Shown here: positions 1 through 9,100 of the stretch, piece by piece
Position numbering within the stretch: position 1 is the stretch's first letter
How the letters are laid out: the number at the start of each line of letters is the position of its first letter
NCBI GenBank assembly: GCA_017618715.1
Contig: JAFZTS010000032.1
Coordinates: 19,111-83,110 of the forward strand
Reading direction: 5' to 3'
DNA length: 64,000 nt
Source of the DNA: Bacteroidales bacterium
Lineage (GTDB): Bacteria; Bacteroidota; Bacteroidia; Bacteroidales; UBA3663
The notes under the pieces: generated by a model
Told to the model about the DNA's origin: nothing
Seen by the model: only the letters and a program-made list of their open reading frames with translations
Databases searched by the model: none
Program-made: the position numbers and the translations under genes

Positions 1-55
1 GAGGGATTTTTTTGATTGCTTTCATCTGAGTATTATTTAGTTTGATTTTGTGGTG

Positions 56-63
56 CAAAGATA
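56..63 (-). promoter_or_regulatory. Bacteroidota-type -7 promoter box (TATCTTTG read on minus strand)
   Basis: CAAAGATA on the + strand is TAnnTTTG on the - strand. About 30 nt downstream (CAT at 23..25) a leftward ORF (MKAIKKIP...) starts and runs off the window edge. Confidence 0.4.
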
Positions 64-150
64 TGAACAATTTATTACCGATACAATAATATGTTAAAGC
101 ATCTTAGCTTTTAACTTATTGGAAATAAATGTATTGAAAGAGTGGAAAAA

Positions 151-1809
151 TTACTTTTTGCCATCACTTTTAACATTGGGCATCGGTTTTTCAGGGCATC
201 CGCGTTCCAGATTGAAGCACTTCAAAAGCGATTGAATCTCAAGAGATGAGGGAGCCGCTGTCAGAAGCTTTTGCTTAATCTGTGACTTGGTGGCACGAAA
301 AGCCGCTTCGTTGGAACAACCCGCATAGTACCACAATTGCTTGGGGTCATGCTTGTGTTCACTAATCAGCAGACAAATGGCTTTATGACGAGGAGTCAGA
401 GATAGTTTGTTGAGTTCATCGATAAGATGGCGACGTTTTGCCGTTGACTCACGATAAATAGCTAACAACTCCTCAAAAATGGATGAAGGCCACGAAGCAT
501 TCAAGTCAAGGAGGATAAAACGACGCAACATATACTCTATCTGAACATGCAGAGATTGATTGGTTGTGACCGATTCCTTGAATTGCTGTTTCCATTTCTC
601 TTCTTTGTCTTGGCTTTCAGCAATTTGCCGGTTCATCTTCGCTGTAATACCAGATATGCGTTGCTCAAGTTGTTTCACCCGCTGGATTCGACGCAGCCAA
701 AGTATGAACATAATCAGGATAACAAGTAAAGCAATAGCAACAATGATGATGACGATATTTTCGTAATGCCGTTGCTGTTGTACTTTTTGATACCGGCCTT
801 GTGCTTCAGCGAACTCCGTTCCCAACTTTGACTGACGTTCAATCTTTTGCTGTGCAGCCAACGACTTGCGATAAGTAAGGGCGGAATCAAGCATTCCCAG
901 CTGTTCAAACTGATTGGAACGACGCAAATAGGCCAAGGAAAGAAGTTCAGGCTTATCATCAGAATGAGCAATTATCCAGTTCAACAGGCTGTCCGCCTCT
1001 GCAAAGCGTTTGTGCTCTTGATAATAGTCAACAATGATGGCATAGATGCGGCAACTGTCAGTACGCGTACATTCCTCAAATGGGATTTGGCTCAACAAAA
1101 AGTCACCGCCTTCTTCATCAAGCCCGAAGAAATGATGTAAATGCGCAGAATTGGCATATAATGCTGCGAGTTCTCTTTTGGGGAGATGTGGAGCCAGGAA
1201 AAGAGCCTTATCGGAATAATACAGCGCTGAATCACCATTCTCAAGCTTATAAAAGGAATAAGCCAGATGCATATAGGACAAAGCAATATCCGTGGTATCG
1301 CCAACTTGATAAGCATTTTGCAAAACCTTGCGGAAAAAAGTCGGCGCCAGATAATAATTCCCATTCCGCATATTGATAATAGCAATGCGGTCATTGACCA
1401 CTCCCTTCAAATAAGGTCCAGGGAGCAGATCCACATTCCTCTCGACTTCCAAAAACAACCGATAGGCCTTTGTCATCTCTAAGGTGTAGGCATCCATATC
1501 TGGCTTCAGTTCTTGTGCCCTGTCATGGTGACGAATCCCTTCGAAGAGCATGCATTCGGCTTGTTGCGGTGAGGAGGTCAAGGATGATAGCGTTGTATCT
1601 CCTTTCGCCAGTTCGGGCAGATAATAGCTGGTTGCTACATCGAGGAGTGAATCGCATATTATCTTCTCGGAATGGTATTGTTCGTCCACGTTTTGCAGAG
1701 CCTCCTTTGCACGAAGTTCCGCTTGCCGATCCACGTGACAGGAAGCAAGCAGAATGCCCATAAGGACAATAACTGAAAATGGAAGCACGCAAAGATTGAT
1801 CCTGGACAT
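151..1809 (-). CDS. TPR-repeat membrane protein with C-terminal LuxR/GerE-like HTH (putative transmembrane one-component regulator)
   Basis: 552-aa ORF. It has an N-terminal signal peptide with lipobox-like LLASC, TPR-like helical repeats, a single TM helix (IVIIIVAIALLVILIMFILWL) and a coiled coil. The C-terminal LSLTPRHKAICLLISE...TKSQIKQKL resembles a LuxR-type HTH. Assignment by eye only. Confidence 0.5.
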   Translation of the reverse strand: MSRINLCVLPFSVIVLMGILLASCHVDRQAELRAKEALQNVDEQYHSEKIICDSLLDVATSYYLPELAKGDTTLSSLTSSPQQAECMLFEGIRHHDRAQELKPDMDAYTLEMTKAYRLFLEVERNVDLLPGPYLKGVVNDRIAIINMRNGNYYLAPTFFRKVLQNAYQVGDTTDIALSYMHLAYSFYKLENGDSALYYSDKALFLAPHLPKRELAALYANSAHLHHFFGLDEEGGDFLLSQIPFEECTRTDSCRIYAIIVDYYQEHKRFAEADSLLNWIIAHSDDKPELLSLAYLRRSNQFEQLGMLDSALTYRKSLAAQQKIERQSKLGTEFAEAQGRYQKVQQQRHYENIVIIIVAIALLVILIMFILWLRRIQRVKQLEQRISGITAKMNRQIAESQDKEEKWKQQFKESVTTNQSLHVQIEYMLRRFILLDLNASWPSSIFEELLAIYRESTAKRRHLIDELNKLSLTPRHKAICLLISEHKHDPKQLWYYAGCSNEAAFRATKSQIKQKLLTAAPSSLEIQSLLKCFNLERGCPEKPMPNVKSDGKK

Positions 1810-1962
1810 AATAAACTATGAGTATCCTATACGAAATATGGTTACATTGTCTTCTTTTATGACAATGGTATAAATACAACGAACAAATTCGTGTTTTATT
1901 GTCTGAAAAGGATGAAATAATTACCATCTTGCCCTTATGAGGTTTTTCGCTATATAAAACAT

Positions 1963-1996
1963 CGAAGGCGTAACACCACACGATGCCGCGCCTTCG
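1963..1996 (-). terminator. possible terminator hairpin downstream of the Nif3-like gene
   Basis: CGAAGGCG (1963..1970) pairs with CGCCTTCG (1989..1996). The loop is large (18 nt). A T-rich stretch follows on the minus strand. Confidence 0.35.
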
Positions 1997-2065
1997 GGTT
2001 AAAATATAGGGGGAAGATTGACGTTTTCTATGATTTGATGTAGAAAGTGGTCAAGTTACTGCAAA

Positions 2066-2854
2066 TCAAAGATAATGATAAAATGGACTATGATGGCAGT
2101 TGGTCGTGAGACATTCCACATCGGGACAGGCCTGCTTGATGATATCAGCAAGAAGGGCGGGAGCGATTTGTTCGGTCTCGAAATGACCGGCCTCGATGAT
2201 AAGGATATCGGGATGACCGAACCAACTGTGGTAATGCATTTCTCCCGTGAGGAAGGCTTCGGCGCCTAATGCCTCGGCTTCAGCGATGAAGTCACTGCCT
2301 GACCCTCCGCAGAGGGCAAGACGATGGATGATGCCGACCTTGGAATCGCGGTTCCAACGCAGATGACATGCCTCGATAGCTTTGGCTTTAGCGGGGGTGA
2401 GCCGCTGACAAATAAACTGGAGCAGCTGGTTTGTCTCCATGGGACGAGGCAAGGTGCCGATGACTCCGCACTCCGACATCGGACGGATATCTTGTAGCTC
2501 GAGCAAGGCAGCCAGACGATGGTTGATGCCTCCCTCGGCCTTGTCGAGATTGGTATGAGCGCTGTAGATGCCGATACCATAACGGATGGCGGCCATGAGG
2601 ATGCGGCTGATGTAGTCTTTCTCTGGATTGACGACCTTCAAACCATGGAAAAGCAGCGGATGATGGCTCACCACAAGCTGGCAACCGCGACGATGCGCCT
2701 CATCAATGACTTCCTCGGTGATGTCAAGACAAGTAAGGACGCGACTGACCTCCATGCGGGGGTCACCGCACTGGAGGCCAGCGTTGTCGTAGGATTCCTG
2801 CAGCTCTCGTGGCGCAATTGCCTCGATAGCGCAGGCGATATCGTGGAGATTCAT
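2066..2854 (-). CDS. Nif3-like dinuclear metal center protein (GTP cyclohydrolase I type 2 homolog family)
   Basis: 262-aa ORF. The N-terminus MNLHDIACAIEAIAPRELQESYDNAGLQCGD, then VVSHHPLLF and the C-terminal GHFETE are typical of NIF3/YbgI. It lies 4 nt downstream of the preceding gene. Confidence 0.85.
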   Translation of the reverse strand: MNLHDIACAIEAIAPRELQESYDNAGLQCGDPRMEVSRVLTCLDITEEVIDEAHRRGCQLVVSHHPLLFHGLKVVNPEKDYISRILMAAIRYGIGIYSAHTNLDKAEGGINHRLAALLELQDIRPMSECGVIGTLPRPMETNQLLQFICQRLTPAKAKAIEACHLRWNRDSKVGIIHRLALCGGSGSDFIAEAEALGAEAFLTGEMHYHSWFGHPDILIIEAGHFETEQIAPALLADIIKQACPDVECLTTNCHHSPFYHYL

Positions 2855-2858
2855 TTAC

Positions 2859-3806
2859 TTACCACTTATATGAGAGACCGAAGCTGAGGAGCTCGGTGAA
2901 CTGGAAGTAACCCCAGCCTTCACCCTTCTTATCGCAAGGTACAGCGTCGTCGAAACGAAGGTGGGTGTAGAGCTTTGTCGAGAAGTACTTGTTAAGAGGC
3001 ATGTCGAAGGTATTCTCCCAATCAACCTCGGTATAGACATTGTCCTTATACTTGCCGAAGTTCCAAAGAGGAGAATAGTAGGTGGCCTGGCTGGTCCAAG
3101 TCAGATACTTGCTGACCTTGTACTCGAGGGTAGCCTTGGCACCAACACCGAAGTCATACAGGTTGAAGTCGCCCGGGTGCAGACCGAACTGTGTACCATC
3201 AATGCGGCCCTCGTGCCAAACGCCATCGGAATCAAAGTGACGACGCGGATCGCTGACAAACTTGAGGTTGTAGCCGAAGGGCGACATGTAGAGCGAAGCC
3301 TTGACCTTCTCGGTCTCCTTCTTCCAGTCCATACCGACGGAAACGTTGACGGTTCCCGGGTTGAGGAACTTCGAAACCTCGACCACCTCTTCGCCTACCT
3401 CCTGCCAGCCGGTGCAGAACTGTGTCTGAGCAATACCCTGCAAGGTGTAGTACCAATGCTCAGTAGCCTGATAACCGAGTTTGGAGGTCCACTTGAGAAT
3501 GTCGTTGTTGGTGATGAAGGTGCGGTACTGGCTGCTGGCGTTCACGAAACCGAGCTTGGCCTCGATGGCGTTGTCCCATGCGAACTTTTCGTACTTGTAG
3601 TTAAAGGTGTAGTCGGCTGTACCGAGCAAGGCAAAGCTTGACACACCACCCTTGTACCAGTTCTTCGAGATGTAGCCCTGGGTGAACTGCAGGCTGGCAT
3701 TGCCCGACTTTGTCCAACGCTTGTTGGCATCTTCGGCAGCATCCTCTGCCATAACACTCGTTGCTGCCATCGACAAGGCGATGACTGAAAGGATTAGTTT
3801 TTTCAT
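2859..3806 (-). CDS. DUF3078-like outer-membrane beta-barrel protein
   Basis: 315-aa ORF with a signal peptide (MKKLILSVIALSMAATSVMA). It shows an alternating aromatic/polar beta-strand pattern and ends in an aromatic residue (SYKW). It resembles the Bacteroidota DUF3078 family. Confidence 0.65.
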   Translation of the reverse strand: MKKLILSVIALSMAATSVMAEDAAEDANKRWTKSGNASLQFTQGYISKNWYKGGVSSFALLGTADYTFNYKYEKFAWDNAIEAKLGFVNASSQYRTFITNNDILKWTSKLGYQATEHWYYTLQGIAQTQFCTGWQEVGEEVVEVSKFLNPGTVNVSVGMDWKKETEKVKASLYMSPFGYNLKFVSDPRRHFDSDGVWHEGRIDGTQFGLHPGDFNLYDFGVGAKATLEYKVSKYLTWTSQATYYSPLWNFGKYKDNVYTEVDWENTFDMPLNKYFSTKLYTHLRFDDAVPCDKKGEGWGYFQFTELLSFGLSYKW

Positions 3807-3955
3807 AATTTTATGGTTTTGAGTTATGAGTTTTTGAGTTTTGGGTCATGAGGTATTTTGTCAAATACCAAAGGCAAAATTATGAGATTTTTTCGTGAAT
3901 TGCAAAAAAAACAAATAAAACGACAAAAAAATTTGCTTTTTCTCCATTTTTTGCC

Positions 3956-3963
3956 TATCTTTG
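3956..3963 (+). promoter_or_regulatory. -7 promoter box TATCTTTG
   Basis: Exact TAnnTTTG match. The next + strand start codon is 4168, implying a ~195-nt leader or a separate small RNA (see findings). Confidence 0.5.
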
Positions 3964-4167
3964 CAACCGCTAAAAGGCAAAAGATGCTATATAAACGTCC
4001 GCCCAAGCGGTCTGATTCACTCGGCCGAATGGGAATGGTGACCAGAGGTTATGACAAAATCATGTCATGACCAATAGGTTAGACCAAAAAAGACGGGTAT
4101 ATGGCTTTTTTGTGTCCCAAAACAAAAATGTATATTATTAATTGTTCATTGTTAATTTCATATTATT

Positions 4168-4959
4168 ATGCCAAAGATTGAAAAAGAACTTTCAGTAGAA
4201 GAGAAGCTTGCCAACCTTTACAAGTTGCAGCTTTATGTATCGGAAATCGACCGTATCAAGGGCCTGCGTGGCGAACTGCCCCAGGAAGTGGAGGACATGG
4301 AGCGCGAGGTGGAAGACCTGAATGCTCGCATCAACAAATTCCACGAGGACATCGATGCCTGCCATCACAAGATTGAAGAGATGCAGGAGAAGATCACCCA
4401 GGCCGAACAGTTGATCGATCAATATACCCACCAGCAGGATGACGTGCAGAACAACAAGCAGTACGAGTTCCTGACCAAGGAAATCGAGTACCAGGGTCTG
4501 GAGATTGAGCTTGCCAACAAGCGTATCCGCGAGAACATCGACCAAATTGCACTCCTCGAAGAGAAAGAGGCTGGCTGCCGCAAGGATGTGGAAGAGCGCC
4601 GTGGCGATCTGGAGACCAAGAAGGGTGAGCTCGACGAAATCATTGCCGAGACACGCAACGAAGAGGAAGTGATGCGTGAAAAAGCCAAGAAGATCGAGAA
4701 CTCGATGACCGACAAGGGTCTAATGACCATGTTCACACGCATCCACCGCAAGGCACACAACGGCCTGGCCATCGTTCCCATCGAGCGTGAGTCATGCTCA
4801 GGATGCTTCAACAAGGTGACTCCACAGCGCCAGATCGAAGTGAGAATGCGCAAGAAGATCATCACCTGTGAGTACTGCGGTCGTATCCTCATCGACGAGG
4901 ATCTGGCCAACCAGAACGAGATGCGTCGTCGCAAGAAAGGCTTGCTTGCATCCCTTTGA
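4168..4959 (+). CDS. coiled-coil C4 zinc-ribbon protein (DUF164/COG1579 family)
   Basis: 263-aa ORF with a long heptad-rich coiled coil, followed by CSGC...CEYC zinc-ribbon cysteines. Confidence 0.75.
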   Translation: MPKIEKELSVEEKLANLYKLQLYVSEIDRIKGLRGELPQEVEDMEREVEDLNARINKFHEDIDACHHKIEEMQEKITQAEQLIDQYTHQQDDVQNNKQYEFLTKEIEYQGLEIELANKRIRENIDQIALLEEKEAGCRKDVEERRGDLETKKGELDEIIAETRNEEEVMREKAKKIENSMTDKGLMTMFTRIHRKAHNGLAIVPIERESCSGCFNKVTPQRQIEVRMRKKIITCEYCGRILIDEDLANQNEMRRRKKGLLASL

Positions 4960-4968
4960 TAAGCAATA

Positions 4969-6555
4969 ATGCCTACCAACAACAACTTTAACGCGAACGG
5001 CGGCGCGCCTTCGTCCAACCGTCGTACATCCAGAACACAGGCGCCCCAACAGCCTGCGCTGGGCAAGGTGCAGCCTCAGGCCACAGATGTGGAAGAGGCT
5101 GTGCTGGGTGCCCTCATGCTCGAAAAAGACGCCTACTCGGTCATCTCGGATCTGCTTAAACCGGAATCGTTCTACGACCACAAGCACCAGCTCATCTTCA
5201 CGGCCATCCAGGAACTAGCATTCAACCAGGAGCCTATCGACATGCTGACGGTGACCAACCGCCTGCAGCGCAATGGCGTAATCGACGAAGTGGGCGGCCC
5301 CTACTACATCGCCACCTTGACGAGCAAGGTGGGTTCGGCGGCCAACATCGAATACCATGCGCGAATCATTGCACAAAAGTCGTTGGCCCGCCAACTGATC
5401 AACTATGCCGGCAAGCTCGAAACCGCCGCGTTCGACGAGACCACCGACATCGAGGCTTTGATGCAATCGGCCGAGGGAGAGCTTTTCCACCTCGCGCAGC
5501 ACAACATCAAGAAGGATGTGGTCCAGATAGACCCCATTATCCAAGATGCATTGAAGAAGATCGAGCAGGCTTCGAACCGCCAAGACGGCTTGTCGGGTCT
5601 GCCTTCGGGTTTCCACGACCTCGACAAGATCACCTCGGGTTGGCAGAACACCGACCTCGTGATCATCGCTGCACGTCCAGCCATGGGAAAAACGGCATTG
5701 GTGCTCTCGATGGTCAAGAACATGGCAGTGAACTACAACATCCCCGTGGGCATGTTCAGCTTGGAGATGAGTGACCTGCAGCTTGTCAATCGTCTGCTGC
5801 AGAATGTCTGCGAGATTTCGGGCGAAAAGGTGAAGAGCGGAAGGCTGTCCAGCGAAGAGTGGACCAAACTGACCACACGCATCACCCAGTTGCAAGGTGC
5901 ACCCATCTACGTGGACGATACCCCGGGCCTTTCGGTGTTCGAACTGCGTACGAAGGCACGCCGACTGGTGCGCGAACATGGCGTCAAGGTCATCATGATC
6001 GACTACCTGCAGCTGATGACGGCTGCCGGTATGCAATTCGGCTCGCGTGAGCAGGAGGTCTCGACCATCTCGCGTTCGCTGAAGGGCCTGGCCAAGGAAC
6101 TCAATATCCCTATCATCGCCCTCTCGCAGCTGAACCGTGGTGTGGAGACGCGTCAAGGAGAAGGCAAGCGTCCGCAGCTGGCCGACCTTCGCGAGTCGGG
6201 TGCCATCGAGCAGGACGCCGACATGGTGTGCTTCATCCACCGTCCGGAATACTACAAAATCTACGAGGATGAGAAGGGTAACGACCTGCGCGGCATTGCC
6301 GAAATCATCATTGCCAAGCATCGTAGTGGTTCGGTGGGCGACATCCGATTGAGATTCCGTGGCGAGTTTGTGCGTTTCCAGAACATGGACGAGGATACAA
6401 GCCTCACCTCTACCCTCACTGTATGGGGCGGTGAAGGGGAATTGTCCTCGCGCATGGATAAAGAATCACGACCCGACATGAGCCAGCAGCCGAACGGCTT
6501 CGACTCATCTTCGAGCGGCTTCAACGCCCCCGAACCGGGCGATGCACCGTTCTAA
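4969..6555 (+). CDS. dnaB: replicative DNA helicase DnaB
   Basis: 528-aa ORF. It has the DnaB N-terminal domain (EEAVLGALML...), Walker A (ARPAMGKTALVLS), IDYLQLM and a RecA-like core. It also carries disordered N- and C-terminal tails. Confidence 0.93.
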   Translation: MPTNNNFNANGGAPSSNRRTSRTQAPQQPALGKVQPQATDVEEAVLGALMLEKDAYSVISDLLKPESFYDHKHQLIFTAIQELAFNQEPIDMLTVTNRLQRNGVIDEVGGPYYIATLTSKVGSAANIEYHARIIAQKSLARQLINYAGKLETAAFDETTDIEALMQSAEGELFHLAQHNIKKDVVQIDPIIQDALKKIEQASNRQDGLSGLPSGFHDLDKITSGWQNTDLVIIAARPAMGKTALVLSMVKNMAVNYNIPVGMFSLEMSDLQLVNRLLQNVCEISGEKVKSGRLSSEEWTKLTTRITQLQGAPIYVDDTPGLSVFELRTKARRLVREHGVKVIMIDYLQLMTAAGMQFGSREQEVSTISRSLKGLAKELNIPIIALSQLNRGVETRQGEGKRPQLADLRESGAIEQDADMVCFIHRPEYYKIYEDEKGNDLRGIAEIIIAKHRSGSVGDIRLRFRGEFVRFQNMDEDTSLTSTLTVWGGEGELSSRMDKESRPDMSQQPNGFDSSSSGFNAPEPGDAPF

Positions 6556-6576
6556 CCCCTCTTAACCCTTTACAGA

Positions 6577-7266
6577 ATGAATATTTCCAACAAGATAGGA
6601 GTAGCCGCCCTGCTGACACTCTGGGCTGCAACAGCAACAGCACAGGAGGTCGGTGCGCCCAACTATCGAGAGATACGCACGTCAATCCAGAACAGCAAGA
6701 GTGCAAACTACTACCCGCTCCTCATGCGTCGCTATCTGGAGAACGACACGACACTCACGCTCGAACAGTATCGATGCCTCTACTACGGCTACACCCTCCA
6801 AGAGGATTTCGTACCCTATCAGAAGGAAAGGGAGAAACTCTTCGAGGTACGCCGTGAACTGGTCACCACCAACGGCAGCATGGCCACGTGCGCCGAGGCT
6901 ATCAAGGTGGCAGCTTCGGCACTCGAAGACGACCCCTTCGACCTGCTCGCAATTTCCACTCTCTCGTTCTCATACCTTCAGTTGAAGGACACAGTGAGCT
7001 ACACGCTGTGGAACAACAAACAGGATGCCTTGCTTGACGCCATCGTGTCGAGTGGAGATGGCGATGATGTAGAAGATGCCATCCACGTCATCAATCTTGA
7101 GCATGAATACGAGGTGCTCAACCGACTGGGTTTGCAGATCGAGTCCGACTCGCTCTGCAACGACAACGTCGAATACCTGAAGGTTCAACCCAATGCCGAA
7201 GATGTGCGTGGTGTCTTCTTTAACTTCGGTGCTTGCCGCCAGGTCTATCTCAAGAAATATGAATAG
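6577..7266 (+). CDS. DUF4919-like secreted protein
   Basis: 229-aa ORF with a signal peptide (AATATAQE). The motif LTLEQYRCLYYGYTLQEDF is typical of the family. It ends in TAG, which is rare as a terminator in this window. Confidence 0.55.
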   Translation: MNISNKIGVAALLTLWAATATAQEVGAPNYREIRTSIQNSKSANYYPLLMRRYLENDTTLTLEQYRCLYYGYTLQEDFVPYQKEREKLFEVRRELVTTNGSMATCAEAIKVAASALEDDPFDLLAISTLSFSYLQLKDTVSYTLWNNKQDALLDAIVSSGDGDDVEDAIHVINLEHEYEVLNRLGLQIESDSLCNDNVEYLKVQPNAEDVRGVFFNFGACRQVYLKKYE

Positions 7267-7318
7267 GCGATAGTGACTATAATAACTATAGTGACTATAG
7301 GAACTATAATGACTTACG

Positions 7319-7358
7319 ATTTAGGGGCGTATCACGCAATTGTGATACGCCCCTAAAT
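7319..7358. terminator. bidirectional intrinsic terminator (17-bp stem)
   Basis: ATTTAGGGGCGTATCAC (7319..7335) pairs with GTGATACGCCCCTAAAT (7342..7358), with a 6-nt loop. It sits between convergent genes. Confidence 0.8.
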
Positions 7359-7375
7359 CTATGAAAAAAATCACC

Positions 7376-8884
7376 TTACTTTGAAAGATCGACTGCGAAG
7401 TAGCCCACACGACCCTGGGCTGTAACTGCTGAGATGAACATCACAGGATCCTGGTCGGCCGAACGCTTGGTGGTGAGCTGGTTGAAGATGGTCTCAACGT
7501 CCTTGTCGCTCTTTATGGCCTGATCGTTGATCTTGATGATGACCATCTTCTCGCGTAAGCCAGCACGGTAGAAGAGGCCGTTGGTCTCAAGCTTATCAAT
7601 CTGCACGCCTGTACGCACACCGTAACGGATGAGCTCCTGGGCAGAAAGGTTCTTGAAGGTAACACCCAGCTTGTCGATACCCTTGGGCTGAATCACGTCG
7701 GTATTGCCCTTGGGGTTCTTGAGTGTGACAGTGAAGTTCTTCTTTTCACCCTTGCGATCCACAACCACCTTGACCTTGTCGCCTGGACGGTAACGAGCAA
7801 TCTCGCCCTGCAGCTGTGCCATCGTGTTGATGGTTGTACCGTTCACCGAAGTGATCACATCACCTGGCTTGATGCCAGCCTCGGCTGCACCACCTTCTTC
7901 CGAAACCTGATCGACATACACACCTTCGTTGACTCTCAAATCCTTCTGCTCAACTACATCAGCATTCACGTCGCCACCGATGATGCCGAGCAATGCGCGC
8001 TGAACCGTACCATATTGCTTGAGGTCGGTCACTACCTTGCTAACGATGCTCGAAGGCACGGCGAAAGAGTAGCCGGCATAGTTGCCTGTCTGTGAATAGA
8101 TGGCCGTATTGATGCCTACAAGTTCGCCTGCAGTATTGACCAGCGCGCCACCCGAGTTGCCCGGGTTCACTGCTGCATCGGTCTGGATGAAACTCTCGAT
8201 ACCCAGCTTGCTGCTGCCTACGCTGATGCTGCGTGCCTTGGCGCTCACAATACCTGCGGTCACGGTGCTGGTGAGATTGAAGGGGTTGCCCACGGCAAGT
8301 ACCCACTCGCCAACCTTCAAGGCGTCGCTCTGTCCCATAGGAATGGTAGGAAGATCCTTTGCATCAATCTTGAGCAAGGCGATATCGGTGGTGGGGTCGG
8401 TGCCTACGAGGGTCGCGGTGAACTGACGGCGGTCGTTGAGCGTCACGGTAAGCTCATCGGCACGATCAACCACGTGATTGTTGGTGACGATATATCCGTC
8501 GCTCGAAATGATGACACCCGAACCCGCGCCCACTGGCATAGGATCGTTCGACTGTGGTTCCTGCTGGCGCTGGCCGCGCTGGCCGAAGAAGAAGTCGAAG
8601 AAGGGGTCATTCATGCCGCCAAACGACTGCGCTTGACGAACCTGCTTATTGGTGATACCTACCACAGCGTTCACAGTCTTCTCAGCCGCACGCGTGAAGT
8701 CATTGTCGGTCACCGAAGCCGACGATGTGGTGAAGAATCCTGTGGGAGTGAGGGAAATTGAACTACCCTCTTGGGCAAGACTGCTAACCATCCTGCCCTC
8801 CATTACCTTAAATGTAGCGGCGGCTGTCACACCACTCACAACAACCATTGCTCCCAAGAGCTTTAAAATACTACTTGTTTTCAT
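7376..8884 (-). CDS. htrA: periplasmic serine endoprotease, HtrA/DegP/DegQ (Do) family, two PDZ domains
   Basis: 502-aa ORF with a signal peptide. The catalytic triad contexts are TNNHVV, DIALLKI and GNSGGALVN. Two PDZ-like regions follow. Confidence 0.9.
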   Translation of the reverse strand: MKTSSILKLLGAMVVVSGVTAAATFKVMEGRMVSSLAQEGSSISLTPTGFFTTSSASVTDNDFTRAAEKTVNAVVGITNKQVRQAQSFGGMNDPFFDFFFGQRGQRQQEPQSNDPMPVGAGSGVIISSDGYIVTNNHVVDRADELTVTLNDRRQFTATLVGTDPTTDIALLKIDAKDLPTIPMGQSDALKVGEWVLAVGNPFNLTSTVTAGIVSAKARSISVGSSKLGIESFIQTDAAVNPGNSGGALVNTAGELVGINTAIYSQTGNYAGYSFAVPSSIVSKVVTDLKQYGTVQRALLGIIGGDVNADVVEQKDLRVNEGVYVDQVSEEGGAAEAGIKPGDVITSVNGTTINTMAQLQGEIARYRPGDKVKVVVDRKGEKKNFTVTLKNPKGNTDVIQPKGIDKLGVTFKNLSAQELIRYGVRTGVQIDKLETNGLFYRAGLREKMVIIKINDQAIKSDKDVETIFNQLTTKRSADQDPVMFISAVTAQGRVGYFAVDLSK

Positions 8885-8964
8885 AATTATTCCTTTGTTA
8901 TTTAAATACCTATATTAATTGTTATTTGCTAATAGAAAACTGAATTTCGTCATATTTGACGCTG

Positions 8965-8972
8965 CAAAGATA
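8965..8972 (-). promoter_or_regulatory. -7 promoter box (TATCTTTG on minus strand) for htrA
   Basis: CAAAGATA on the + strand, about 80 nt upstream of the htrA start. Confidence 0.55.
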
Positions 8973-9088
8973 AGGAAGTTTAAGCGAATTAAGTTAAAAT
9001 GGGATGAAATTTTAACATTTTCTATTAAAAAAGGCACAAAGTTTTAATTTTTTGATTTCCGTTTACATTCATTTTAAATAATTTTGCG

Positions 9089-9096
9089 TATATTTG
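9089..9096 (+). promoter_or_regulatory. -7 promoter box TATATTTG for rnpB
   Basis: Exact TAnnTTTG ending 5 nt before the predicted 5' end of the RNase P RNA P1 helix. Confidence 0.7.
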
Positions 9097-9100
9097 CGCC

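Noticed and set aside
3858-4070. 70-aa and 60-aa ORFs in the 3807..4167 intergenic region
   Set aside because: They span the promoter box and A/T-rich low-complexity DNA and have no motifs. The region is better explained as promoter plus structured RNA.
5215-6321. Long antisense or alternative-frame ORFs inside well-supported genes. Examples are 5215..6321, 9832..11343, 12376..14289, 14563..15753, 20456..21310, 49785..50453, 50732..52084, 52165..53694, 55090..55992, 56005..56889, 58458..59240, 58838..59680 and 61765..62673.
   Set aside because: Each lies entirely within a gene that has unambiguous family motifs on the other strand or frame. Their products are low-complexity (Arg/Val/Gly/His-rich) with no motifs. 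Such stop-free shadow frames are expected from the codon bias of these genes.
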